A stretch of 64,000 nucleotides of DNA from Eutreptiella sp. 'Long Island Sound 2002' (lineage: Eukaryota; Protista; Euglenida): contig OZ038379.1 of assembly GCA_964036045.1 (NCBI GenBank), forward strand, positions 14,880,001 through 14,944,000. Reading direction: 5' to 3'. The position numbers and the translations under genes were made by a program. Positions 47,481-59,173 of this stretch are shown here, one piece after another. Below the pieces are notes generated by a model. It saw nothing but the letters and a program-made list of their open reading frames with translations, made no database searches and had not been told where the DNA came from. Numbering within the stretch: position 1 is the first letter of the stretch; each line of letters opens with the position of its first letter.

Positions 47481-48717
47481 GTTTGCAAAGGCCGAGCACA
47501 AGAATACGGCAAAAGAATTTGGGTATTCTTTCTCCGCCCTCGGCTCGCCCTTCCAAGCCGCCAAAGCACCCTCATCGTGCTACTCCCGCCAACACGCCCA
47601 ACCCCACCCAGCCACTTTTATGGTGCCACAGGGAGATCCGCTGGTTATGGTGCCAACAGGGCACAAGGAGGCTGGAAACTGAGTCCTAAACACACAGTCC
47701 AACCTCGTTTCAATTTTCGGTTGCAAGGTATTCCTCTTAGGCAGTTTTTCTGTCTTTTTCCACCCACCCACCCTCGGCGGCCACACCCCATTTTGGTTGG
47801 CTCGGCCGCTCACCGACCCACCCCCCGCAATGTGTAGGTTGTGTATGTATGGCTATCTCCCGGTCCTTTTGGAGGCTGTGATTGCGTTTTTTGGTTATCT
47901 CAAGTAGTATCACCGGTTTGCTTGCCGGCAATATGAAGTGCTGAGCGGGAGGCTTTTTTCGCCCCCGGGCCCTTGAGTCGTGTGCCTCGCGCTGTGAGCG
48001 GGCATTGAGTCCGCATCGCGGGTGTGCAACTACGGCCAAGGGCGGGGGGCATCTGCGGAGAACGACAGCATGGGGGTTTTTACATACCCCCCTCCCCCTT
48101 TTTGTTGGCCAAATGTTTAGGCACAAACAGGGTTTTCACATAACCGACCCCCCCCCCTTTTGGGGGGGAAGGGTTTGCATAGTGCACCTCACACTAGCAC
48201 TATGTAGCGCTTCCGGCCACTTGTGGCCCCCCTAGAAGGCAGGGGTGAGGTTATCAATTTTGATTTCGTCCCTATTTGTCTAGGGACCCCTTAGAATGCA
48301 GGGGTTATGTAGCATTTCCGCCCACTTTTGGGCCCCCGATGAATTAGGCACCCAATTCTGATTCTGTACGTCTTTGTTTGGGGACCCCCGAGGCTACAGT
48401 AGTTATATAGCCTTTCCGCCCACTTGTGGGCCCCCGAGAAGGCAAGGGTTGGGCAACCAATTCTGAATTTCTCCCTCTTTGGGGGAGCGGTAGTGCTCCG
48501 GGGGCGCCCCGGGCATTTATTTTAACCTGTGCCCCACAAGTGGCCTTTTACGGGGTGCACAAAGGGGGCGCACTTAGCGCAGTGCAGCTATTTGGGTGTC
48601 TGGTTGTACTAGAGACCCATACTTCGAGGTCCTACGGGCTTCATTGTGACCCTTAGCGCAAGTTTTGACTTCTAATTTTGTTCCCTTTGTTGGGGACCCC
48701 CGAGAATGCAGGGGTGA

Positions 48718-51065
48718 TGTTGCATCAGAACTGCATAGCAGCTGCGTCAGTGCATCAGAACTGCAGCAGAACTGCAGCAGAACTGCATCAAGAGTGCATC
48801 ACAACTGCATCAGCGGTGCATCAGAGCTGCAACAGCAGTGCATCAGAACTGCACCAGAAGTGCATCGGAACTGCATAAGATCTGCTTCAGAGCTGCATCA
48901 CACGTGCAACTGTTGTGTTGTGTTGTGTTATGTTGTGTTGTGTTGTATTGTGGCACCAGTGCAGTCAGCAGTGCAGCAGAACTGCATCAGAACTGCATCA
49001 AGAGTGCATCAGAGCTGCATCAGCACTGCATCAGAACTGCATCAAGAGTGCATCAGAACTGCATCAGAACTGCATCAGAACTGCATCAAGAGTGCATTGG
49101 AACTGCATCAGAACTGCATCAAGAGTGCATCAGAACTGCATAAGAACTGCATCAGAGCTGCATCACACCTGCAACTGTTGTGTGGTGTTGTGTTATGTTG
49201 TGTTGTGTTGTGTTATGCTGTGTTGTGTGGTGTTCTGTTGTGGCACCAGTGCAGTCAGCAGTGCATCAGAACTGCATCAGAACCGCATCATAACTGCATC
49301 AGAACTGCATCAGCAGTGCATCAGAACTGCATCAGAACTGCATCAAGAGTGCAACGGAACTGCATAAGAACCACATCAAAGCTGCAACACACCTGCAACT
49401 GTTGTGTTGTGTTGCGTTGTGTTGTGTCAGCAGTGCAGTCAGCAGTGCATCAGAGCTGCATCAGCAGTGCATCAGAACTACCTCAGAACGGCATCAAGAG
49501 TGCCTCAGAACTGCATCAGCAGTGCATTAGAGCTGCAGCATCAGTGCATCAGAAGTGCAGCAGAACTGCATCAACAGTGCAGCAGAACTGCATCAGAACT
49601 GCATCAGAGCTGCCTCACACCTGCAACTGTTGTGTTGTGTTGTGTTATGTTGTGTTGTGGCACCAGTGCAGTCAGCAGTGCATCAGAACTGCATCAGAAC
49701 TGCATCAAGAGTGCATCAGGACTGCATCAAGAGTGCATCAGAACTGCACAAGAACTGCATCAGAGCTGCATCACAACTGCAACTGTTGTGTTGTGTTGTG
49801 TTATGTTGTGTTGTGTGGTGTTGTGTTGTGGCACCAGTGCAGTCAGCAGTGCATCAGAACTGCATCAGAACCGCATCAGAACTGCATCAGAACTGCATCA
49901 GCAGTGCATCAGCAGTGCATCAGAACTGCATCAAGAGTGCATCGGAACTGCATAAGAACCGCATCAAAGCTGCAACACACCTGCAACTGTTGTGTTGTGT
50001 TGTGTTGTGTTCTGTTGTGTTCTGTTGTGTTGTGTTGTGTTGTGTCAGCAGTGCAGTCAGCAGTGCATCAGAACTGCATCAGCAGTGCATCAGAACTGCA
50101 TCAGCAGTGCATCAGAACTGCATCAGAACTGCATCAAGAGTGCATCGGAACTGCATAAGAACCACATCAAAGCTGCAACACACCTGCAACTGTTGTGTTG
50201 TGTTGCGTTGTGTTGTGTCAGCAGTGCAGTCAGCAGTGCATCAGAGCTGCATCAGCAGTGCATCAGAACTACCTCAGAACGGCATCAAGAGTGCCTCAGA
50301 ACTGCATCAGCAGTGCATTAGAGCTGCAGCATCAGTGCATCAGAAGTGCAGCAGAACTGCATCAACAGTGCAGCAGAACTGCATCAGAACTGCATCAGAG
50401 CTGCCTCACACCTGCAACTGTTGTGTTGTGTTGTGTTATGTTGTGTTGTGGCACCAGTGCAGTCAGCAGTGCATCAGAACTGCATCAGAACTGCATCAAG
50501 AGTGCATCAGGACTGCATCAAGAGTGCATCAGAACTGCACAAGAACTGCATCAGAGCTGCATCACAACTGCAACTGTTGTGTTGTGTTGTGTTATGTTGT
50601 GTTGTGTGGTGTTGTGTTGTGGCACCAGTGCAGTCAGCAGTGCATCAGAACTGCATCAGAACCGCATCAGAACTGCATCAGAACTGCATCAGCAGTGCAT
50701 CAGCAGTGCATCAGAACTGCATCAAGAGTGCATCGGAACTGCATAAGAACCGCATCAAAGCTGCAACACACCTGCAACTGTTGTGTTGTGTTGTGTTGTG
50801 TTCTGTTGTGTTCTGTTGTGTTGTGTTGTGTTGTGTCAGCAGTGCAGTCAGCAGTGCATCAGAACTGCATCAGCAGTGCATCAGAACTGCATCAGCAGTG
50901 CATCAGAACTACCTCAGAACGGCATCAAGCGTGCCTCAGAACTGCATCAGCAGTGCATTAGAGCTGCAGCAGCAGTGCAGCAGAAGTGCAGCAGAACTGC
51001 ATCAAGAGTGCATCAGAAATGCATAAGAACTGCATCAGAGCTGCAACGCACCTGCAACTGCTGTG
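48718..51065. repeat. Compound satellite: 11-bp monomers (GCATCAGAACT and variants) alternating with (GTTGT)n, with a 791-bp higher-order duplication
   Basis: Direct read; identical spurious ORFs are offset by 791 bp (49404/50195, 49555/50346, 49992/50783). Confidence 0.95.
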
Positions 51066-52289
51066 TTACGGTAACTTACGTAATGTATGCCCGTAACTTA
51101 CGTCGTAACTTACGTAACTTACGTGTGTAACTTACGTCGGAATCCTAAGCCACCCTACGTCACAACCTACACAAGAACGTATCATACTGCCACACGAAGC
51201 GCCATGAGTGACAGCACACTTCCCTGCAGTCCCCCATTACGGTGCTCCAATGTGTCTCTACACAACACAACAGCCTAAAAGTTGCCTCGTGCGCGCCCCA
51301 CGGCAAGTTCTCCCGTTCTATGCTCTTATACCCCCCCCCCCAGGTGGCCAAGCAAGGGCAAAGTGCTTGGCCACACCCCCAAAGCGGTTCAACGGGATCC
51401 CCGTGCTTGAACAAGCGCGTCGCTACGCGCTGTGTGCATGCACTGCCCGCACCTGTGACAGGTCTGTGACATAACAAGGGGGGGAGGGGTTCATAAATAC
51501 CGACATCATCGGCTAAGCACCCACTGGCGTACCACAAGAAGCAGTGGGGGACGACCCTACCATCGCCGACCACAAGGGGCAGCCGCCCCCCCCCCCAACT
51601 CCGCCTACCTACCAAGGGAAAGAAACGGTAGGTAGGAAGGTAAGGATAGGCAAGGACACTAGGTAGTGAAAAGAATCCCAAGAATCCAACTTTCCAAAAG
51701 CTTTCAAAGAAATAGGATCCAATGTGAAGCAAGATTTAATGAACGGATAAACAAAAACCAATGATCTGTCGCGCCGAAGCGAGAGGAGTCGTTACATTCC
51801 CAGTTGGAGGCGGCAGTTACTGATGGTCCGGGGGGCACCGCCTGAAAAGCCCATCCTCATATTCCGTCTCTATCTTCCTGTTGGAAACGTCCAACTTCAT
51901 GTGCCCCTTCATAGCTCATGCTTACACACACAAGGTGAACCAAACAAACCGACAGTTGAACCATTAACCCCACACAGCATCTAGCACCTTCCCCTTGCCA
52001 GCACAAGCTTGAGACGCACCCCTTCGCACACGTCGGGTGAGGTTAGGTCCCAAATTCTTTCCCGACTGTGTTTTTATCGTCCACGGTGTTGCCCATCTTC
52101 TGTGTTCTGTTGCCCTGTTGTTGATAGTGCACCTGCTGACATGAGAGGCAGTTGCGCAGGCAGGCGTTGCACACCAGACCTCCACGTTGTCAAAAAGAAA
52201 ATCACGCCATGGTAGCTGGCTCATAGTAGCGTGACGCCGGCCGGTTGTTGCACCCTCACATCAGCTGTCACGCTTTCGCCCACAGCGAA

Positions 52290-52967
52290 ATGGCCTCAAC
52301 AACGGTTTGTGTTGTCAACATCCCCGATACACTCACAGTGCGCGAGTTCCGCTTCATCTTCAAGTTCGCAAACGGAATCGAGCGTGCGATCGTCAATGTC
52401 ACGAAGCAAGGGCACCAAGTTGGTTACGCGCGCTTTTCTACAGTTGCCGACGCACAACAGGCCGTCGAATTTCTGAACGGGTACCCCTTGGATGAAGACT
52501 TCCCCAACCCAATTAAGGCCTTCTTGTCAACAACACAACTCAACGACCACTCCTTCGCTGGACCGCGCGGCGTGAAACGTCCCTTGGACGGAGAGCAAGC
52601 AGTTGCCAAAGTGCCGCGGATCGATGGTAAGGGCAAGGGCAAGGGCAAAGGCGCAGGGAAGGGGAAGGGCATGGCAAAAGGAGGGGCTCCTGCTGCTGCT
52701 TCCACAACGTCTGTGTACGTTGGCGGTGTACCACATGACTGGGACGAAACCATGTTGCAAGGACTGTTCGAGACTTGCGGTGCAATCACGTCTATCAATT
52801 TGACGGGCGGCAAAAATCCTGTTGGGAATATCGCTTTTGTCCATTTCAGTACAAGCGACGAAGCAAACTATGCCATCCAAAGCATGAATGGGTATGCAGT
52901 GGACGAAAGTCGGTATTTGTCTGTGCGGCCAAACACCAGTGCACCAAAACCAACAGCGCAGTGGTAG
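52290..52967 (+). CDS. Intronless RNA-binding protein with two RRM domains and a GKGKGK linker (225 aa)
   Basis: TVCVVNIP...GYARF (RRM1) and SVYVGGVP...IAFVHF (RRM2) give the RNP2/RNP1 motifs; ATG at 52290; U-rich 3' region follows. Confidence 0.9.
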   Translation: MASTTVCVVNIPDTLTVREFRFIFKFANGIERAIVNVTKQGHQVGYARFSTVADAQQAVEFLNGYPLDEDFPNPIKAFLSTTQLNDHSFAGPRGVKRPLDGEQAVAKVPRIDGKGKGKGKGAGKGKGMAKGGAPAAASTTSVYVGGVPHDWDETMLQGLFETCGAITSINLTGGKNPVGNIAFVHFSTSDEANYAIQSMNGYAVDESRYLSVRPNTSAPKPTAQW

Positions 52968-54699
52968 GCGGGGTGGACTCGTTCGTGCTGTCAAAACAAA
53001 TGCCAGTTTGCGATCTTTTTACGTCCGAAGCATCGTCGCAGTGACCTTTGGGAAACAAAGCGCCGACTCATTTTGCAGGTTTCCATCTTTTTGTTGCCTG
53101 TTTTTTTTTCCTTTTTTTTATTCTGCTTCTTTTCTTTTCTTTTCTTTTCACCATCACCATGACCACAGCGACTTTTCTTTGTCACACAATACACCCGCCG
53201 AAGTCAAATAGAACAGAAAGACAGTCAGCTACATCGAGACGGCCACGCACGACAAGGTTTCTCCTCTTTTTATTGGGTTGTGAGATGCATACAGTATAAC
53301 TTTTGTGATTTGACTAAGTTTGCCAATAGCAGAATGTGCAACGTTATTTTGGGAACAAAAGTGCTGCCTCATTTTGTATTTTCTGTTTTGTTTTCTGCCT
53401 CTCCAAGCCGCATTGCAGTGAACACAGTCAGGAGAAGATCTTGAAGGCACGAACCTGCAGCCAGTCCAAAATTTGGAAGCAAATGGCACCAGGAACCAGA
53501 GGAAGTGGAGAACGTGCATCCGATTCTTCGCAACCCGGTTCTTGGGCTTTTGGACTGATGTTGTTCTGGTGTCCGGGGAATTGACTGAAAATCCTTTGTG
53601 TGAAACCCTGCACGTCAGTTTTGTCCAAAGGTGGGCATTGCCATTTCTCCTGTGCATTTTTGTCCAAAGGTGGACATTGGCAGGTCATGTCATGCATGTT
53701 GTGGAGTGGGATGGTGCTGCAGCTGAGTGCTCAGAAATGGTGTGGTGTAATTTTCTGCGCTGCTGCATCAGTTGACTTGAAGAAGAATAGTTCTCCAAAG
53801 GACTTGTCATCCACAGTCCGCAATTACAATTTGGTGGTGTTGCCGCTGAAAATAACATTTTAGTTTGAACACAATTCTGGTGGTGTATTTGTTGAGCTGC
53901 ACTCAAATTCCTCAGCTGCAGGTTGGGCCGCAACATATGTTGAGGGTTTTGAAAACAGACGTTTTTTGGCAAAACACAGAAATGCTGGCTGTTGGCATAC
54001 GCCTACGTTGGCCTGTTTGGTTGTGAAAGTAAAATTTGCATTTTTTGGTTTGGCATGGTATATGTCTTCGCGTGCCAGTTCATAGTTCAATTTTATTGGC
54101 AGGGGGGGTTGTGTGAAGGTGTATTGGATTCATTTAGATCCACACACGAGTGAAACAGTTTCTCCATTGGATGCTACAATTTCCATGACCCTAAACAACA
54201 ACCAATTCTTTGAGGGTGTCACAAATTGGTCCCCTCATTACTCTTCTTTTTTTGTGGAGAATCACCAATGGTAGTGTGTGGTAGGTAGTATGAGGTCTCA
54301 GTGGGAGAGATGTTGGGTTCAATTGTCTAGATCCATAGTATCGACATCCCCTGCTGTTTGGTTTGCAGTACATTTTTGCTGTCGAAAAACAATAGGGTCT
54401 ATTTTTCACTTGCATCATCAGAGTTGGGTGTTTTTCAGCCCCAAAAACAAAGTTGGTGGTTTGTTTCTTTGGCTTCAGACCAAGGCCGAGTCTCTTTGCG
54501 GTTGCGCAAGGAAAATGGTCTCTTTTTAAGACCGAAAAATCGTTTGCTTCTGATTGGTTACTTTCTCAACCGACAGATCAAAGTCGGTCTGCTATTGGGA
54601 CCACAACAAGGCTCCAACAATAAACGGTCTCCAAGTTAACAAGGCACTGCTTTTGCACTCACGCTGGGGGCAAGGCCAAAAAAAGCCATTTTTTTGTCA

Positions 54700-55500
54700 A
54701 AAATTGCGTTTTTTGGCCTTGGTCGGGCACTTCTCCCCTCCTATTTTGAGGGTGCTGGATGCAAAAAAGCAAGTTGTATGGACAAACAGAGCACGTAAAC
54801 ACAATTTGCAGCATCCGTACGCACCCAAATGTGCCATTTTTCATCAAAAATGGGCCAAAAATGGCCATTTGTGGGTCACAAATTAGGGTTTTGGGCCTCG
54901 GATGAGCAGCTCAAGACCCCCCCCCCATTTTTAGGGTGCTGGATGCGAAGAAAGAGATTGTAGGGACACACAGCTCCGAAAGCACAATTTACAGCATCCG
55001 TATGCACCAAAAAGTGCCATTTTTCATCAAAAATTGGCCAAAAATGGCCATTTTTTGATTGGAAAATGATTATTTTGGTCTCAGACAAGCAGCACAAGGA
55101 CCCCCCCCCCCTCTTTTGAGGCATTTGTCTGTTTTTTAATTAGGTCACACCCCCCTCTTTTGAGGATGCTAGATGCGAAGAAGCAAGTTGTATGGACACA
55201 CAGAGCACGAAAACACAATTTACAGCATTTGTATGTACCAAAATGTGCCATTTTCCATCAAAAAATCGGCCAAAAATGGCCATCTAGGGTCAAAAATTGG
55301 GTTTTGGGGCCTCGGACCAACAGTGCAAGACCACCACTCCCTATTTTAAGGATGCTGGATGCGAAAAGAGAGATTGCAGGGACACATAGATCCCGAAAAC
55401 ACAATTTATAGCATCAGTATGCACCAAACTGTGCCATTCTTGGTCAAAAATGGCCATTTTTTGGTTCAAAATGGATTGTTTTGGCGTGAGACAAGCAGCT
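54700..55500. repeat. Degenerate tandem repeat of about 180-230 bp (4 copies) carrying AAAAATGGCCATTT
   Basis: GGATGC(A/G)AA...AAACACAATTT(A/G)CAGCAT...TGTGCCATT recurs at about 54757, 54940, 55170 and 55357. Confidence 0.85.
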
Positions 55501-56619
55501 CAAGCCCCAGGCTCTAATTAACTGCTATTCAAGTTGCTAGTCAAATTCAAAATAAACGCATTTATGCGTTTATTTTTCAAAAAACGCCCGTTTTGGGGCG
55601 AGAATCGCTGTTTATCGATGTTTATTGATGTTTATTGGTGTTTTCACATATTGTTGCATGCATTGGGGAAGGTTTTGGGTTGCCTTGTTGTGCCATTCGC
55701 TTGCAAGTTGTCATTTCCGGTAGGTGTCATTTAAATTTAAATAATCATAAACGCCATCTCGTTCGCTTACAACAAAGAGGTTAGGGAAATGTGCCTCTTG
55801 ACACTTTGTGACGGATTGCATTTGTACATCCACAGTAAGAAAAAGTCTCTTTTCCTTTGCTTTGAGGCATACTCTAGTTGTATTAGAGATGCACTGGGCA
55901 TACATGCATTTTTATCTTAGTATTGGTCCCACCAAAACTGGTGATAACACATTTTGACCTATGGAACCAAACACCCAATCAGGATATGGAGTGGACCCCT
56001 TAATCCCCTTTCAATGTGAAGCTATTCATCTTTTCCTGAGTTGACTTAGCACTGACATACCTAAGGTAGAGCCTATGAATTTATCTATGTTTTTCCATGA
56101 ATTCTTAGCTATCCTAGTGGTATGCACCCTAGGGGGCTGGGCACCTCTTTTTGAGAGGTCTTGGGTTCAATTCCTGGTCAGCCTAGCTAAGCAGGAAGAT
56201 CCCATGTGACATGGCAGTGACCTCATCGCCACATGCCCTGCCACCTCAGCACATATGGGACCCAAAACAAAGAGTGCACATCTCCTAAGATGGCACTATG
56301 GAGATAGAGTGACCATGGGGCAGTTTTCTAACTCTTTTCCAAAACATTTCAGCTATCTTTGTGAATATGCATTCATTTGTGACCTGAGTTGCAGTTTCTG
56401 TGAATATCCAATCATCTTTCACTGTTTACACTGCAGCCCTTCATGCTTTGATCCTGATTCTCTTCTCCTTGCACACTTCTGGCTTGGGTTATCCTGGATT
56501 GACTATATTTCTGCAAACAAAAGGTTTTCATCTTCCAAAACAAGCAGCAGGAAACCCTACACCTACAGCAAGCAGCAGGAGAAGCAAAAACAGAGTGCTG
56601 AAACCACTATAAACTTTTC

Positions 56620-56632
56620 TGGTAGCAAGAGG
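56620..56632 (+). promoter_or_regulatory. Candidate primer-binding site (initiator tRNA-Met-like)
   Basis: TGGTAGCAAGAGG resembles the complement of a eukaryotic tRNA-iMet 3' end (TGGTAGCAGAGG) with one extra A; it lies about 90 nt before the first ORF. Confidence 0.45.
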
Positions 56633-56720
56633 CAGTCTGTCTCTGCGCACCGGCAGCAACCCCGTGCCGTACATCCAGTGCGCCGAGTACAGGCACAAAT
56701 AAGCAGAAGGGTGAAAGAAG

Positions 56721-57641
56721 ATGGATCCAAGAAAGGAGGACGCCGACGTGAAGACAGCGCCGGCGCTTGAGGCACCGGCAAGGCCAGCACCTGGCGCTGT
56801 ACCTTCGGCGGAGCCCTTACATGGGCCAGTGGATGCGGCTGAGGACTCCTTGGATGGACTCCAGACGGCCTTCGGGGCCCTGTCCGTCGAAGAGGTGGTG
56901 GCGCAGCCTGCAAAGAGGAAGAGAGAGAGCGAGAAGGATGCTGGAGACGAAGCAGACGAAGGAGAGGAGCAAGGGCAAGACCTGACGAATGTCCCTACCT
57001 TCGAAGGCGCACCAAGCGCTTCTGGCCTCCACGCATCACCCTCTCCTTTAACCACCACACTCCCAGCCGCTGCAACATCCACTTCCACAACCAACCCGCC
57101 TATGGCAGAGGGCACAGGCTTTACTGGCATGCCTCACTACCCCGCCTATGGTATGGGCCCACCTACCACTGCGCTCCTTGAGGCAACTACTGCCAGTGAG
57201 CCGGTGGCTTCCAGCTCTGCGCCGCGATGGTATGCGGCTGAATATCCCCATCCACTACCCGCTACTGGAACCTATGTGGATGTTCCTGGGTATGCACCGG
57301 GCTATGCAACCTTGAGTGGGTTGAGGAGAGGACCTGAATCTCTTGGTGGCAGGAGTAGAGGATCGGGAAGATCCTCCAACAGGTCCCTGACGCGGTCGGA
57401 GATCAACGAGGTGCTCCCAGGAGCCACTTCAAAAATCGTGGGCGACCTCACTCAAGGGATCAGAGAGAAGCTGGAGCCCCTGATGATCCCGCCCCAAGCG
57501 TCACCTATCTCGGTGGGAATGTCACCCCACCGAGTACAGGCTAACCACCTGGCGGCAGGGTTGACAAATACCCTGGGGAGCCTCAGGAGCAGACCGATGC
57601 CGACACCCGCAGCTATACCGAGCCGCCTTACAGCCACGTGA
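56721..57641 (+). CDS. 5' ORF of the retroelement (probable N-terminal Gag extension, out of frame with the Gag core)
   Basis: 306-aa ORF directly after the PBS candidate; overlaps the gag ORF by 4 nt in a different frame. Confidence 0.55.
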   Translation: MDPRKEDADVKTAPALEAPARPAPGAVPSAEPLHGPVDAAEDSLDGLQTAFGALSVEEVVAQPAKRKRESEKDAGDEADEGEEQGQDLTNVPTFEGAPSASGLHASPSPLTTTLPAAATSTSTTNPPMAEGTGFTGMPHYPAYGMGPPTTALLEATTASEPVASSSAPRWYAAEYPHPLPATGTYVDVPGYAPGYATLSGLRRGPESLGGRSRGSGRSSNRSLTRSEINEVLPGATSKIVGDLTQGIREKLEPLMIPPQASPISVGMSPHRVQANHLAAGLTNTLGSLRSRPMPTPAAIPSRLTAT

Positions 57642-59173
57642 CGAACTCGACGAGGGCCGAGCTGGACCGGCTGGGGCTGACAGCCTTGAGGGCTATGGTG
57701 GACGTGGAGCCTTATGGCTCCAGTGATCTAGGCGGAGACCCCTCCGATGATGAGCCGCCGTCGATGGATTCTTCTTCGCCCTCAGATGACGATGACCCGA
57801 AGGACCCCGAGGACCCGAAGGGTAAGAAGAAGAAGAAGAAGAAGAAGAAGCCCCGATGCCCTGAAGGACGCCGGACTCAGGAGGCGAAGGCTATTGCCAC
57901 CTCCAAAATCGTGGTGAACCTGCCTGAGTTCACAGGCAAGGACCTCAGCGAGTTCGCTGAGAATTTTGGCCGGTTTCTACGACTGACCGGCCAAACCCAC
58001 GCTAGTGGGCGAGTGAAGTGCGATCTGCTCCTGCAGTGCTGCAAGACCAAGTACCTGGAGAAGCAGGTCAGGCAGATCGTGACTAACTCCGCCACCTTTG
58101 CCGATGTGTTGGTTGCCCTGGAGAGGCAGTACCCGACCTACGAAACCGACCTCTCCATCAGGGCCGAGATCCAGAACCTGCCCGTGCTGCCCAACAACCC
58201 CAAACCTGGCAGGGTCTTTGAGCTGTTGGTTGACCTGGATCACTGGGCTGGACGACTGACGCCCGGTTCCTACAGCAGCGACGACCTGCTGTTCTGGTTG
58301 GTGGCCAAGCTTCCTCGAGAGCTATGGGACGAGTGCCGTTCGACGGCGGAGCGCAAGGCTAGGTCCCTCCGCTACGAGGACCTATGCGTGCTACTCCTGG
58401 AGCTGGCGCTGGAGAAGGAGAGCAACCAGCACTTGAACAACTACCGTCCTGGTGGTGGAGGTTCTGGAGGCCATGGCAAAGGGTACCAAGGGTCCCGACC
58501 TGGGCAAGGGACTACCCCCAAACACGCCCACGCCCGTATCATGGAGAATGTGAAGGAGCTATTCTGGTGTGATGCCAGAGACAAGCAGGGCCACCTGCAG
58601 CACGCCCCTGACTGCGAGCAGCGAGACTGCTTCGTCGTCCAGGGGAAGCAGCAGGAGAAGAACACCGGCGCCAAAGCGAAGCTGCCGGATCATTACCCGT
58701 GCACCATCACGTGTGCACTCTGCGGTAAGCGGAAGCACTACGACGATGAGTGCTACCATAAGCAACGCCTATCGGCGAAGCTTAAAGGGGAAGATCCTGG
58801 CAAAGGCTCAGGCAAAGGTGGAGGCAAAGGCAAAGGCAACGACTCTAGCAAGGGCAAGTCGAAAGGACGTGGTCAAGGGCAAGACAAGGGTCAAGGTGGA
58901 CGAGGAGGAGGCGCTAACCGCCAGCCCGACAACAAGAACAAGGACAAGAACGGAGGCAACCCCAACCCTAATCCAGGGGGGAACTCCGAGCCCTCTGGAG
59001 GGCAGTCTGGTCCTACGACACGCTCACAAACGCAAGCCAAGCAAGAACAAGGAGCCAAGCGTGAGCATGAAGGTGGTGATGACGGCAACGCTAAGAAGAG
59101 GAGCCGTTTCATGAGGATGGCCCGCAAATTGCGGAACAAGGGGTTCGAGGTGACGTGTCCCGCGGAGTTCTGA
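57638..59173 (+). CDS. gag: Gag-like protein with CCHC zinc knuckle and poly-K NLS-like stretch
   Basis: CALCGKRKHYDDEC (58712-58753) fits CX2CX4HX4C; basic G/K-rich tail; KGKKKKKKKKPR. Confidence 0.85.
   Translation: MTNSTRAELDRLGLTALRAMVDVEPYGSSDLGGDPSDDEPPSMDSSSPSDDDDPKDPEDPKGKKKKKKKKKPRCPEGRRTQEAKAIATSKIVVNLPEFTGKDLSEFAENFGRFLRLTGQTHASGRVKCDLLLQCCKTKYLEKQVRQIVTNSATFADVLVALERQYPTYETDLSIRAEIQNLPVLPNNPKPGRVFELLVDLDHWAGRLTPGSYSSDDLLFWLVAKLPRELWDECRSTAERKARSLRYEDLCVLLLELALEKESNQHLNNYRPGGGGSGGHGKGYQGSRPGQGTTPKHAHARIMENVKELFWCDARDKQGHLQHAPDCEQRDCFVVQGKQQEKNTGAKAKLPDHYPCTITCALCGKRKHYDDECYHKQRLSAKLKGEDPGKGSGKGGGKGKGNDSSKGKSKGRGQGQDKGQGGRGGGANRQPDNKNKDKNGGNPNPNPGGNSEPSGGQSGPTTRSQTQAKQEQGAKREHEGGDDGNAKKRSRFMRMARKLRNKGFEVTCPAEF

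Noticed and set aside
48665-51130. Long Cys/His/Gln-rich ORFs (up to 497 aa)
   Set aside because: They are translations of the 11-bp/5-bp satellite, open in several frames, with no domain content.
51440-51800. Possible solo LTR starting TGTGACATAAC
   Set aside because: No second copy, TSD or defined 3' end can be seen within the window.
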